IMG/VR virus record: IMGVR_UViG_3300042477_000769
Length of the DNA: 64,000 nt
Source of the DNA: a virus
Taxonomy: Duplodnaviria; Caudoviricetes
Strand: one strand, 5' to 3'
Made by a program: the position numbers and the translations under genes
The notes under the pieces: model-generated
What the model was told of the DNA's origin: nothing
What the model saw: only the letters and a program-made list of their open reading frames with translations
The model's database searches: none
Shown here: positions 27,809 through 37,347 of the stretch, piece after piece
Layout: every line of letters starts with the position of its first letter
Numbering within the stretch: position 1 is the stretch's first letter

Positions 27809-28129
27809 ATGCAAAAAATAAAGATAGATAAAGTAGGTAATAAAAAATATTATTGGAATGGTCAGCTTCTTCATCGAGAAGATGGTCCAGCGGTAGAATA
27901 TACTAATGGCGGTGAAGAGTGGTATCTTCATGGCAAAAGACATCGAGAAGATGGTCCAGCGGCAGAATATGCTAATGGAGATAAACATTGGTATCTTCAT
28001 GGTCAACGCCATCGAGAAGACGGACCAGCGATAGAATGGGCTGATGGAACTAAAGAATGGTATCTTCAAGGTAAAGAATATTCAAAAAAAGAATATTACA
28101 GAAGAGTTAAGCTCAAAGCTTTATGGTAA
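27809..28129 (+). CDS. HREDGPA-repeat protein
   Basis: Family motifs. Confidence 0.85.
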   Translation: MQKIKIDKVGNKKYYWNGQLLHREDGPAVEYTNGGEEWYLHGKRHREDGPAAEYANGDKHWYLHGQRHREDGPAIEWADGTKEWYLQGKEYSKKEYYRRVKLKALW

Positions 28130-28188
28130 AATAATAGCAAAATTTTATTTTAAATTTTTCGCGAAACAGTTCAGATATATAACTATAT

Positions 28189-29295
28189 ATGAATAGTTTT
28201 GAGAACTTAGTCCATATTAATCAAGAACAAGCTTTATTTTTAACTAAATTTTTTATTCGTTCTAATAAAAATATTTTCCTATTTGGCCAAAAAGGAGTCG
28301 GTAAAACACAAATTGCCATGCAAGCGGCACAAGAGTGTGATTTGAAAGTTAAATATATTAATTTAAGCGTTATTGAGCGGCCAGATTTAGCAGGATATCC
28401 TAATATCTTGTCTTCAGATGACATTGTTACTTTTAAATCTCCTTCTTTTTTACCTAGATTATTAGATAATGTTAAGCCAGATAATGTTTTATTATTTGAT
28501 GAAGTAGATAAAGCCGCTCCCGAAATAACGGCTCCTCTACTAGAAATTTTACAATCTAAATCTATTAATGGTACGCCCATCAATGCCGCTGCGTGTATTT
28601 TAACTGGAAACTTAATTAATGAAGGAACCTATTCTAATTTAATTAGTACCGCTATCCTTGATCGAGGCGCGAAATATATCCTCTCCTTCTCTATGGAGAA
28701 ATGGGTAGATTGGGCCAAAGCGAATGATGTTCATGATTTAATTTTAGGCTTTTTAAAAAGCAATCCGCAATTTGCCTGCTCTAAAGTAGAAGATACGTGT
28801 TATGCTTCCCCATCTCCTAGAAGCTGGACTTTAGCATCAGAAGCACTATTTAAAGCACAACTATCTAAAATAGTGGATATTGAAAGTGTTACCCAGATTG
28901 TATCTGGGTTTGTGGGCAATGAAGCGGGTCTAAGATTTAGAATCTGGTACGAACATTATCGTAAATTTGAGCCAGCTATTCATTCTTTGATAGAAGAAGG
29001 CGGTATGACTTATGATTTCAATAGTTTATTGCCGACAGAAAAAATAGTTTTTGTTATTTCTGCCTGTTATCATGCTAAACAAAAAGTATTAAACCCCACT
29101 ATTAAGAATAGATTTCTATATTTAGAAAATTTATGTAATTTCTTTTCTACTTATCAAGTAGATTCAGAAGTCCAAATGATGGGGTTATATAATTCATTTG
29201 ATTTTGAAATGATTACTAAACATAAATTATATGAATGTAAGAAGTTTTTTGATGTCTTTAGTAGTCTAAATGCCAATATTAACATTAAAAAATGA
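28189..29295 (+). CDS. MoxR-like AAA+ ATPase, paralogue of 14274
   Basis: GQKGVGKT, LLFDEVDKA, PSPRSW. Confidence 0.85.
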   Translation: MNSFENLVHINQEQALFLTKFFIRSNKNIFLFGQKGVGKTQIAMQAAQECDLKVKYINLSVIERPDLAGYPNILSSDDIVTFKSPSFLPRLLDNVKPDNVLLFDEVDKAAPEITAPLLEILQSKSINGTPINAAACILTGNLINEGTYSNLISTAILDRGAKYILSFSMEKWVDWAKANDVHDLILGFLKSNPQFACSKVEDTCYASPSPRSWTLASEALFKAQLSKIVDIESVTQIVSGFVGNEAGLRFRIWYEHYRKFEPAIHSLIEEGGMTYDFNSLLPTEKIVFVISACYHAKQKVLNPTIKNRFLYLENLCNFFSTYQVDSEVQMMGLYNSFDFEMITKHKLYECKKFFDVFSSLNANINIKK

Positions 29296-29305
29296 AAGTT
29301 AAAAT

Positions 29306-30277
29306 ATGTTAACAGTAACTTTAACCTGTGGAATTCCGGGTAGCGGAAAATCAACCTGGGCCAAAGAAGAAGTCAGTAAAGATCTAGATAACGTGACTAG
29401 AGTTAGTCGTGATGATTTGCGTGTCATGATGCATAATTATCATTTTTCATCTAGTAATGAAAAACTAGTTGTAGCGACGAAACTACATATAGTTCGTCAA
29501 GCTTTGCTAGCTAATAAACATGTTATTATCGATGAAACCAATTTAAATCCACGTAATTTCCAAGAAATTTGTAATTTAGTTAAATCTTTAAAGATAGATT
29601 GTCAAGTACAAGAAAAAGTATTCTTTCTCGAATTGGAAGAAGCTATTGCTAGAGATGCTCAACGTACTGGTCACTCTCATGTAGGCGAAAAAGTAATTCG
29701 CCAGTTTTGGTCCAAGTCAGGTAAAGATAATTTTAAAAATTACCAACCAAAAGTAGAAATATTCTCTCGACAGGTAGAGCCGGTTATGCCTCCTATAGTA
29801 CCTATAAATGTAAATTTGCCGCCCGCTGTGATTTGTGATTTGGATGGAACATTATCTTTATTTAATGTTAAGAAATTTGATGGCACTTCTGAGATGAGAC
29901 ATCCGGGAGCCCATTACCGATCACCTTATGATGCTTCTAACTGTGATGAAGATGCTGTTAATCTGCCTGTATTAACAGTCCTTAATTCGTTACATCAATT
30001 AGGAAACAAAATTATCTTTTGTTCAGGTCGAGAAGATAAATATCAGGATCCCACTGAGCGCTTTTTGAAAAAACATGTTACTTTTCCATATCAGTTGCAT
30101 ATGAGACAAACTGGCGATAATCGTAAAGATGCTCTTATTAAAGAAGAAATTTACCACCAGTATATTGCTCCTAATTATCGGGCCTTCTTAGTTATGGATG
30201 ATCGTTCCCAAGTCATTGCTTTATGGAGAAATAAATTAGGATTGCCGACCTTTCAGGTTAATGACGGTGATTTTTAA
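29306..30277 (+). CDS. pseT: Polynucleotide 5'-kinase/3'-phosphatase (T4 PseT-like)
   Basis: GIPGSGKST kinase; DLDGT and SGRE HAD phosphatase. Confidence 0.9.
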   Translation: MLTVTLTCGIPGSGKSTWAKEEVSKDLDNVTRVSRDDLRVMMHNYHFSSSNEKLVVATKLHIVRQALLANKHVIIDETNLNPRNFQEICNLVKSLKIDCQVQEKVFFLELEEAIARDAQRTGHSHVGEKVIRQFWSKSGKDNFKNYQPKVEIFSRQVEPVMPPIVPINVNLPPAVICDLDGTLSLFNVKKFDGTSEMRHPGAHYRSPYDASNCDEDAVNLPVLTVLNSLHQLGNKIIFCSGREDKYQDPTERFLKKHVTFPYQLHMRQTGDNRKDALIKEEIYHQYIAPNYRAFLVMDDRSQVIALWRNKLGLPTFQVNDGDF

Positions 30278-30302
30278 AAATACTTCGGGTTAAATTTCTA
30301 AT

Positions 30303-30330
30303 TTGACAGCCAATTTAGAAAAATTACGTT
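30303..30330 (+). promoter_or_regulatory. Sigma70-like promoter
   Basis: TTGACA-16 nt-TACGTT. Confidence 0.55.
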
Positions 30331-30340
30331 AATTTAACAG

Positions 30341-30430
30341 TTGGCAGACTACCACGTCCATGGCGGGCATGGCACTTGGCGCCGGGCGAATGTTATAAGT
30401 TCTCCCGGCGTGTTTCTAACATTAGGAAGC
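30341..30430 (+). ncRNA. Candidate GC-rich structured leader/small RNA
   Basis: Stems CCATG/CATGG, CGCCGGG/CCCGGCG and TTTCTA/TAGGAA directly after promoter. Confidence 0.4.
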
Positions 30431-30436
30431 GAAGAG

Positions 30437-30676
30437 ATGGACACGACATCAGCGATTATTTTATTGGTAGTTATTTATATTTTATATGTTCTGTTGGTTA
30501 AAGGATTATTGTGGAAAATAATTTTAGGAGTATTTGGCTGGTTAGGAATGTATTGGTATTTATCAGGTTTTCCAGCCCTTCAGAGTTATCCATTGGATAA
30601 TAATACTTTTACCTGGGCCACTACTATTCCCAGTCTAATAATTTTATTAGCCATGCTTTACACGAAAGAAAACTAA
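30437..30676 (+). CDS. Small membrane protein
   Basis: ATG 30437; three hydrophobic stretches. Confidence 0.65.
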   Translation: MDTTSAIILLVVIYILYVLLVKGLLWKIILGVFGWLGMYWYLSGFPALQSYPLDNNTFTWATTIPSLIILLAMLYTKEN

Positions 30677-30677
30677 C

Positions 30678-31922
30678 ATGTTATTAGTTCAGCAATTTTT
30701 ACGCAATAAGTCCTTTAAGCAATTACAAGAGCAACATGGAGTGTATGCTTCTTTTTCTAAAAGCGGCCATAAATGGTCCCTCAATTATGACCAAATTGAA
30801 GCGCAAGAATCAGACTTGTTGGCTCAACAATGTCGAGGTCTGATTTTATCAGCTCACGGCAAGTCACTTGCCTCACAAGCGATAGTGACTAATAAGAAAT
30901 TATCTTATGACCATCTTATTCCTGGAGAGACGCAAATTCTAGCTTATCCTATGAATAGATTTTTTAATTATGGTCAAGGTTCTGCTGCTAATATTAATTG
31001 GAATGACCCGAATTTAGCGATTCTAGAAAAATTAGACGGCACTTTATGTATTGTCTATTGGGATCCATTTACCACACAATGGTGTGTGGCTACTCGTTCT
31101 GTTCCAGAAGCAGATTTATTAATGGATAATGGTACTTTTACTTTTCGGTCGTTATTTGAAAAAGCGATTCAAGAGACGTTAAAAGTCTCATTTGAGACTT
31201 TTACGCTATCTCTTAACAAAGATTATACTTATTGTTTTGAATTAACTACACCGTATAATAGAATTGTGGTAGCTTATCAAACTTGCCAAATAACTTTATT
31301 AGCCGTACGTAATACTATTACTTTACAAGAAGTAAATTTACACCAACTAGATGTGGGTAATTTGCCCATAGTCAATAGTTATCAATTCTCCTCAATTAAT
31401 GATTTGGTGAGCTGGGTTCATTCTAGAAATCCAATGCAACATGAAGGAATTGTCGTTAGAGATTCTCTGTTTCAGAGAATTAAAATTAAAAATGCTGATT
31501 ATGTGGCTTATTCTAAGGCCAGAGATCATTTATCTGTTTCTTCTAGAAATTGTTTGCAAATCATCTTAAATGAAAAAGATGATGATGTTATTCCTTTCTT
31601 ACCCGAAGAAATAGTTAATAATCTTCAAAAGATTAAACATAATGTTAAACTTCTTATTAAAGAGTATGATGATTGCTTTAAAAGATCAAAAGAGCAGGCG
31701 GATTTAATTAATCCAGGAGATAAGAAAACATTTGCGTTAATTGTTACTAAAAATAAACACTATTGGTCTGCTCCCTTATTTGCTATGTTTGACGGTAAAG
31801 CTTCTAATATGAGAGATTTTATCCATCAAAACAGCAAAGAAGGAACTTGGTCTGCTTCATTTTTAGATAATTTATTAAAATTAATGGATATCTCACCTCA
31901 AGTTAGTGTATCAACTAATTAA
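30678..31922 (+). CDS. RNA ligase (T4 Rnl1-like)
   Basis: CRGLI, EKLDGT motif I, FEL, HEGIVVRD; near pseT. Confidence 0.85.
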   Translation: MLLVQQFLRNKSFKQLQEQHGVYASFSKSGHKWSLNYDQIEAQESDLLAQQCRGLILSAHGKSLASQAIVTNKKLSYDHLIPGETQILAYPMNRFFNYGQGSAANINWNDPNLAILEKLDGTLCIVYWDPFTTQWCVATRSVPEADLLMDNGTFTFRSLFEKAIQETLKVSFETFTLSLNKDYTYCFELTTPYNRIVVAYQTCQITLLAVRNTITLQEVNLHQLDVGNLPIVNSYQFSSINDLVSWVHSRNPMQHEGIVVRDSLFQRIKIKNADYVAYSKARDHLSVSSRNCLQIILNEKDDDVIPFLPEEIVNNLQKIKHNVKLLIKEYDDCFKRSKEQADLINPGDKKTFALIVTKNKHYWSAPLFAMFDGKASNMRDFIHQNSKEGTWSASFLDNLLKLMDISPQVSVSTN

Positions 31923-31945
31923 ATTAAAAGATATATTAATTAGGC

Positions 31946-32680
31946 ATGCAACGATACCTATTTGAAACGGATTATAGTGAAGATTGCTTAAAGTGGTTAA
32001 AAATACGAGATGTTTTCTTTCAGAAGGTGCGGTTTAAGAAACATTCTGCACCTTCTATGGAGGATTTAGACCAGTTACAAACTGAAATTATTCAAGATAA
32101 AAATCCCGCCTTAGCTTATTTCTTTTCCACTGAATTTAGCTATAAACCGCATTTAATGCAACAAATTGTGTTAGAAGCCAAAAACCCCAAATATTGTTTT
32201 TTATTTGCTCAAAATATTAAAAATTGCGATATAAAAGCTCTGCAAAAAATAGTTGTCGAATCTAATAATACTAAATATATTTGTAAATTTGCGTGTTTTG
32301 TACTAGAAGCAGAGATAAAGCCATTAGAGCAAATTATTTTGACCTCGAAAAATGTTAGATATGCTCATATGCTACTGAAACATGTAAAAGGCACCAATAT
32401 TTTAGACATTAAAAATATTATTTTGACTTCTGAAAAACCTAGATATTTATTTGAATTAGCTAAACACACTAAAGATCCAAAAGATCTGGCTCAAATTGAA
32501 GATTTGATTATCAAAGCCAATTCTTTTACCTATATGAGGTTAATGGCGGAAAAAATTAAAGGAGCCAATATAGATAAATTAGAACAGGCCATTTTAGATA
32601 CCCACAATATTCCAGAGATTAAAAAATTTGCTAGATATGTAAAACGGTCTAAAATGAAAAATTTTCTGATAGTTTTATGA
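31946..32680 (+). CDS. Hypothetical helical-repeat protein
   Basis: Recurrent LEQ.IL...Y..FA units. Confidence 0.7.
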   Translation: MQRYLFETDYSEDCLKWLKIRDVFFQKVRFKKHSAPSMEDLDQLQTEIIQDKNPALAYFFSTEFSYKPHLMQQIVLEAKNPKYCFLFAQNIKNCDIKALQKIVVESNNTKYICKFACFVLEAEIKPLEQIILTSKNVRYAHMLLKHVKGTNILDIKNIILTSEKPRYLFELAKHTKDPKDLAQIEDLIIKANSFTYMRLMAEKIKGANIDKLEQAILDTHNIPEIKKFARYVKRSKMKNFLIVL

Positions 32681-34015
32681 TCTCCTCGCCAGAATACCCA
32701 TAGCCTTGTGCTATGGGATGAATGGCGCACCTCCCTGTAACTTTCGATAAGTTTAATAGATAGTAAATTTTTACATCTTTTACTTTTTTGTGTAAAAATA
32801 TGCATACTATGAAATATAGTTATGCAGAAAGTGCTTAAAGGTTATAAATATCGTATCTACCCCACTGAGGAACAAAAGAAATTTTTGTCTCAACAGTTTG
32901 GATCTGTAAGATGGATCTATAATCATTTTCTTGCAAAACGTAAAGATGATTACCTTAACAATAAAAAAACATTAAACTATCATGATGATGCAAAAGCTCT
33001 TACTGAATTAAAATCTCAAGATGGTTATGAATGGTTATATAATATTAATTCTCAAACGCTTCAATCGGCTTTAAGAAATTTAGATTCCGCATATTTAAGA
33101 TTCTTTAAAAAGCAAGCTAGATTTCCTAACTTTCATAAAAAATCTAATCGGCAGTCTATTAAAATTCCACAGCATTTTAAAGTTGTTAGCAATTATTTGC
33201 ATATTCCAAAACTTAAAACTACTATAAAAATTAAACTTCATCAAAAACTACCAGAAAATAAAGAGTGTCTTTTTATTTCTAGAAATCCTTCTGGTGAATA
33301 TTATGCTGTTTTTCTTTGCGAAGTAGAAGTACAAGAACTACCAAAAAATAATATTTCTATAGGAATAGACTTAGGTCTAAAAGATTTAGTAATTACCTCT
33401 GAAGGAGCAGTTTTTCAAAATCATAAATTCTATAGAGCTTCAGAAAAGCAGCTAAAGTTTCAACAAATAAAATTATCTCGTAAGAAAAAAGGTTCTAAAA
33501 ATAGAAATAAACAACGAATCAAAATAGCTAAATTATATCAAAAAGTTTCTAATAAAAGATCAGATGAGTTACATAAGATAACTCATCAGCTAGTTAGCGA
33601 AAACCAAGTTATCATAGCCGAGAGTTTATCAGTTAAAAATATGATTAAAAATCATAAATTAGCAAAAAACATTCAAGATGCGTCTTGGGGAGAATTGATA
33701 AGACAGATAGAATATAAATCTAAATGGTACGGTAGAACTTTTCATCAGATAGATAAATTTTTTCCAAGTAGTAAAACTTGTAATTCTTGTCAATTTGTGA
33801 TTGATGTGTTACCTCTAAATATTAGAGAGTGGGATTGCCCAAAATGCAATCGGCATCATGACAGAGATTTAAATGCTGCTTTGAATATCAAAGATAAAGG
33901 TTTAAAAGACTTGGGGTTATGGAACGTAACCCCGCATCAAAAACTTAGTGAGGCGTCAGCAATAGCTGAGTCTATGACCTAAGAAGCCACTACCTTTATG
34001 GTAGTGGTAGTTCAC
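32679..34015 (+). mobile_element. Non-autonomous IS605-family element (tnpB only)
   Basis: Left hairpin CCCATAGC-cttgt-GCTATGGG (32697-32717); right hairpin CCACTACC-tttat-GGTAGTGG; ends TTCAC. Confidence 0.85.
32822..33982 (+). CDS. tnpB: TnpB (IS605 OrfB with N-terminal HTH)
   Basis: YKYRIYP, GIDLG, IIAESL, CNSC...CPKC, DRDLNAA. Confidence 0.93.
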   Translation: MQKVLKGYKYRIYPTEEQKKFLSQQFGSVRWIYNHFLAKRKDDYLNNKKTLNYHDDAKALTELKSQDGYEWLYNINSQTLQSALRNLDSAYLRFFKKQARFPNFHKKSNRQSIKIPQHFKVVSNYLHIPKLKTTIKIKLHQKLPENKECLFISRNPSGEYYAVFLCEVEVQELPKNNISIGIDLGLKDLVITSEGAVFQNHKFYRASEKQLKFQQIKLSRKKKGSKNRNKQRIKIAKLYQKVSNKRSDELHKITHQLVSENQVIIAESLSVKNMIKNHKLAKNIQDASWGELIRQIEYKSKWYGRTFHQIDKFFPSSKTCNSCQFVIDVLPLNIREWDCPKCNRHHDRDLNAALNIKDKGLKDLGLWNVTPHQKLSEASAIAESMT

Positions 34016-34067
34016 AAAAATACTGTTAATATGGCATATATGTTATGCTATAACCAAAGTAGGCCGT

Positions 34068-34694
34068 ATGAAATTTGGTGGTGAGTTAGTATCTTTAGGT
34101 TTAACTATTTGTGCTATTTTCTTTCTCTTCGTCTTAACCGAACAGCCACCACACACATTCCAAGCAGATACTCCTACCTACCCTCAACAAGTAAATTCTC
34201 ATTTCTATATTGACCGCAATTTCTCATTAGAAGAGAAACATATTATTTTAGAATCAATCCAAGATTGGAAACGGGCGACTAAAGAAATTGTTAATTACCA
34301 GCCTATTATCTTGCCAAACAATAACCCTATTAATTTTAATGACGCTCTATTCATTATAAAAATATCTCCAGATAATCCTGAAGTCTTACGTTCAGCTGAT
34401 GAAAGCGATTTATTAGCCTTTTATACTAACAAGAATGGTATTCCCACTATTAATATTGTGGATGGTCGAATACCAGCCACCGTCTTTAAAAGTGTTATCA
34501 TGCATGAAATTGGTCATGCGTTAGGATTAGACCATCAATCTTCAGAACAAGACATGTACACGCTCATGTATCCATACGCGTTCATATCTTTTGATGATAT
34601 TATGATAGTTACCAGTTCTGATGTTATCACGAAAACTGATTTAACGCAATTTTGCCTTCTTTATTTGTGCGACGTTAACAATTTGTTGCCTTAA
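34068..34694 (+). CDS. Matrixin-like zinc metalloprotease with N-terminal anchor
   Basis: HEIGHALGLDH and LMYP Met-turn. Confidence 0.85.
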   Translation: MKFGGELVSLGLTICAIFFLFVLTEQPPHTFQADTPTYPQQVNSHFYIDRNFSLEEKHIILESIQDWKRATKEIVNYQPIILPNNNPINFNDALFIIKISPDNPEVLRSADESDLLAFYTNKNGIPTINIVDGRIPATVFKSVIMHEIGHALGLDHQSSEQDMYTLMYPYAFISFDDIMIVTSSDVITKTDLTQFCLLYLCDVNNLLP

Positions 34695-34799
34695 CAATCA
34701 GTTTCTAGTCGATATAGAAGTAGTTGCTAATATCTTAGCATTAACTTTAGATACCAAATCTAATTGGTCCAGTAGTGGAGACTAAAGAGTGTGTATTAA

Positions 34800-35144
34800 A
34801 TGATTTATACTGATAATCAGCTGGTTCATTTAGCTCAAAATAATCCTAAAGAATTAGTTAGATTATTAAATAATCCTCATACCACGACCAAAATGTTAGT
34901 GGTAGGAATAGAAATTTTAAGTTTAGAAGTATTAGACGAATCATTAGTTTTACCCATATTGCGTTTGTTTACTAAACATATCAACGCCTCCGTTCGCGAA
35001 TCTGCTTGCATAGGTATTGCTACTTTTTATGAGCGTAAAACTCTGCCCACTGATTTAGTGGATCGGTTAAAAATTATGTCTACTACTGATCCTTCTCCTA
35101 GTATTAAAGAAATTACTAAAGAAATATTAAACAATTTAGCTTGA
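34800..35144 (+). CDS. Hypothetical protein, HEAT-like repeat
   Basis: HINASVRESAC...DPSPSIKE. Confidence 0.55.
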   Translation: MIYTDNQLVHLAQNNPKELVRLLNNPHTTTKMLVVGIEILSLEVLDESLVLPILRLFTKHINASVRESACIGIATFYERKTLPTDLVDRLKIMSTTDPSPSIKEITKEILNNLA

Positions 35145-35150
35145 AAAATT

Positions 35151-35675
35151 ATGAAAGACCAACAACAAGATTTATTTAACAGTATTTTTGATCCTACTGT
35201 CGATGCTATTTGTATTACTACCAATGGTCAATACACCGAAGATGGTGTAGCTGCCATGTTTGGGGGTTGTGCTGGTGTATGTGCTCGAAAATGGCCTGCA
35301 ACAGCCAAAAGATTAGGCAAGTTATTACGCACGGTGCACCAAAACATTCCTTTTATTATTGGAGCTCTTAATAAAGAAGGAGAATATATTACTCCTACCA
35401 ATTATTCTTTACATAATAAAGCGTTTAAGTGTCTAATTATTAGTTTTCCGACTCTCAATTTTTTAGGAGAGCTAGCAGACTTGGAATTAATTCAAACCTC
35501 AGCTGCGCAATTAAAAGAAATTGCGGATCGTTGGCAACTAAAAAATATATTAATACCACGCCCCGGATGTGGTATAGGTGGATTAGACTATTATCAACAA
35601 GTACAGCCAGTACTTTCTCAATATTTAGATGATAGATTTACAATTGTTTGCCAACCCAACGATCAATTACTATGA
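35151..35675 (+). CDS. Macro-domain (ADP-ribose binding/hydrolase) protein
   Basis: DAICITTNG, GGCAG, IISFPT, IPRPGCGIGGL. Confidence 0.75.
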   Translation: MKDQQQDLFNSIFDPTVDAICITTNGQYTEDGVAAMFGGCAGVCARKWPATAKRLGKLLRTVHQNIPFIIGALNKEGEYITPTNYSLHNKAFKCLIISFPTLNFLGELADLELIQTSAAQLKEIADRWQLKNILIPRPGCGIGGLDYYQQVQPVLSQYLDDRFTIVCQPNDQLL

Positions 35676-36151
35676 TAATCAATGAATCCATTAAAAAAAC
35701 ACAACATAATTTAGCTAAATTACAGGCAGTAGCGGCTATTTTTCCTAATGCCAGTATCGGTAGTACTGGTCTTTTTAGCGATGCTCAAGTTAATAAGAAT
35801 TATACGAATTTTAAATTCGAGAGTTACTATAATTCTTTATATGTCTTGCCATATTATGAAGTCCCCTATACTTTTGACGGTATCGAATATACTATAAATG
35901 TATATAGCCGTCCCCGTAGAAATCGATTAGCTAAATCAAATATTATTTTTAATAAAAACGGCGTTCTCACCCGAGAACGAGAAATATCTTTTTGTAAGTT
36001 TAGTGTTAATTTGAAAAATAATAATTTTAAATTAGACTTATTAGAATCTTGCAAGTTAGAGGTCATGAAGTTTATTAGATCTTATCCTAATGCCAAGATA
36101 GATATGAAGCATCTAGATCCTAGATTACAGAAACTCTTAATCCTCCTATAA
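35672..36151 (+). CDS. Hypothetical protein
   Basis: Long ORF overlapping the macro gene stop; ends RLQKLLILL. Confidence 0.65.
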   Translation: MIINESIKKTQHNLAKLQAVAAIFPNASIGSTGLFSDAQVNKNYTNFKFESYYNSLYVLPYYEVPYTFDGIEYTINVYSRPRRNRLAKSNIIFNKNGVLTREREISFCKFSVNLKNNNFKLDLLESCKLEVMKFIRSYPNAKIDMKHLDPRLQKLLILL

Positions 36152-36160
36152 GGAAAAAAA

Positions 36161-36322
36161 ATGAAAATTCTACGATGTAAACTATGTCGAGGAGAAGTTG
36201 ATATTATCTCCGGAGAACTAGCTATTAACAAAAAAATTAAATGCCGAAACTGTGAATATTCCAACGAACCAGATCCCATTAAACAAACAGAAGTTATTGT
36301 TATTCGTAAGAAATCTCAGTGA
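36161..36322 (+). CDS. Small Zn-ribbon protein (not in ORF track)
   Basis: AAGGA SD; MKILRCKLC...KCRNC, 53 aa. Confidence 0.65.
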   Translation: MKILRCKLCRGEVDIISGELAINKKIKCRNCEYSNEPDPIKQTEVIVIRKKSQ

Positions 36323-36326
36323 AATT

Positions 36327-36530
36327 ATGTCAAATATTGAAAATTTCAATCCATTTGAATTAATATATTCTGACACAGAAAAGATGTGGCTAGTTTTGTT
36401 AGCAGATCCTGTCAATCCAGATAATTGTGTGGTGGTTTATCGAAGTTCAAAAGTCGAAGACTGTAATCCAGTATGGGATGCACTTAATAATTTAATGCAA
36501 AAACAAGTTAATCACTTAATAAGTGATTAA
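36327..36530 (+). CDS. Small hypothetical protein
   Basis: ATG 36327 after upstream stop. Confidence 0.5.
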   Translation: MSNIENFNPFELIYSDTEKMWLVLLADPVNPDNCVVVYRSSKVEDCNPVWDALNNLMQKQVNHLISD

Positions 36531-37317
36531 CCAAGTTTTTCTTTCTTTCTAAGAAAATACTACAATCTTTGTACAAATAACGCGCTATCTTTTTTACATT
36601 TTGATTGCCACCATATTTCAACACATAGATGGGCCGTTCAGTTTTGTTAGAAACAAATATCTTGTTTTTAGATAATCCTAACTGATTAACCAAAATAGTT
36701 TGAATCTGTGTGACAAAATCAAGATTGCCAATAATCTTGAAATGTACAAATTTGTGACCCTTACGATCTTGATCTTGAACCCAGGAACCATCACCATCAA
36801 AAAAGCCCAAGATAAAAGAATTGACAAATTTGTCATCTATCTCAGGAATACTTTCCAAGAAAGTTTTCTTGTTAATTATTCCATATTTGTTTAGAATCGG
36901 GATAATCTGGGTTACTGACATTTGCAGCTGACTATATTCGATTGGAAACTGCTTCTGGCCAATCTTGCAAATTCTGTGATATGTATTAATGGGATGATTG
37001 GCCCCCATAAATGTTCTAAATTTTTCGATATGTTCTTTATCTGAACTTTTCAAGGCTAGAGATAATGTTCTATTAGTGTGCAAACAGCCATCTGCCATTA
37101 AGAACCCTAGCCAATAAGCCTTGTCAGGAGAATCTATCTGATCAAAAACATTAACATTATAACTATATTTAGCATATTTCCTTTTAGGAAGATGAGATAA
37201 ATGTCGTTGAATAGAAGAACAAGAAATATTAGTTAATTGACTAATATTTTTAATGGTTAAGCCGCTCTGATAAAGAGAAATTAACTTTGATAAAAATTGT
37301 TGATTAATTTGAGTCAC
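36508..37317 (-). CDS. LAGLIDADG homing endonuclease with N-terminal HTH (track marks it +; it is -)
   Basis: YWLGFLMADGC and FILGFFDGDGS. Confidence 0.9.
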   Translation of the reverse strand: MTQINQQFLSKLISLYQSGLTIKNISQLTNISCSSIQRHLSHLPKRKYAKYSYNVNVFDQIDSPDKAYWLGFLMADGCLHTNRTLSLALKSSDKEHIEKFRTFMGANHPINTYHRICKIGQKQFPIEYSQLQMSVTQIIPILNKYGIINKKTFLESIPEIDDKFVNSFILGFFDGDGSWVQDQDRKGHKFVHFKIIGNLDFVTQIQTILVNQLGLSKNKIFVSNKTERPIYVLKYGGNQNVKKIARYLYKDCSIFLERKKNLVNHLLSD

Positions 37318-37347
37318 AACTTCAATATATCCGTATATATAAAGGAC

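Noticed and set aside
5176-28069. Minus-strand MKIP... ORFs across HREDGPA genes
   Set aside because: Antisense shadows of the repeat (CAT of His codons reads ATG); no SD or independent features
5020-28129. Diversity-generating retroelement acting on the repeat genes
   Set aside because: No reverse transcriptase or non-coding template in the window, and variation is not confined to adenines
34701-34782. tRNA-Pro/Trp on either strand
   Set aside because: D-arm too short, no TTC loop, anticodon-loop positions 33/37 wrong
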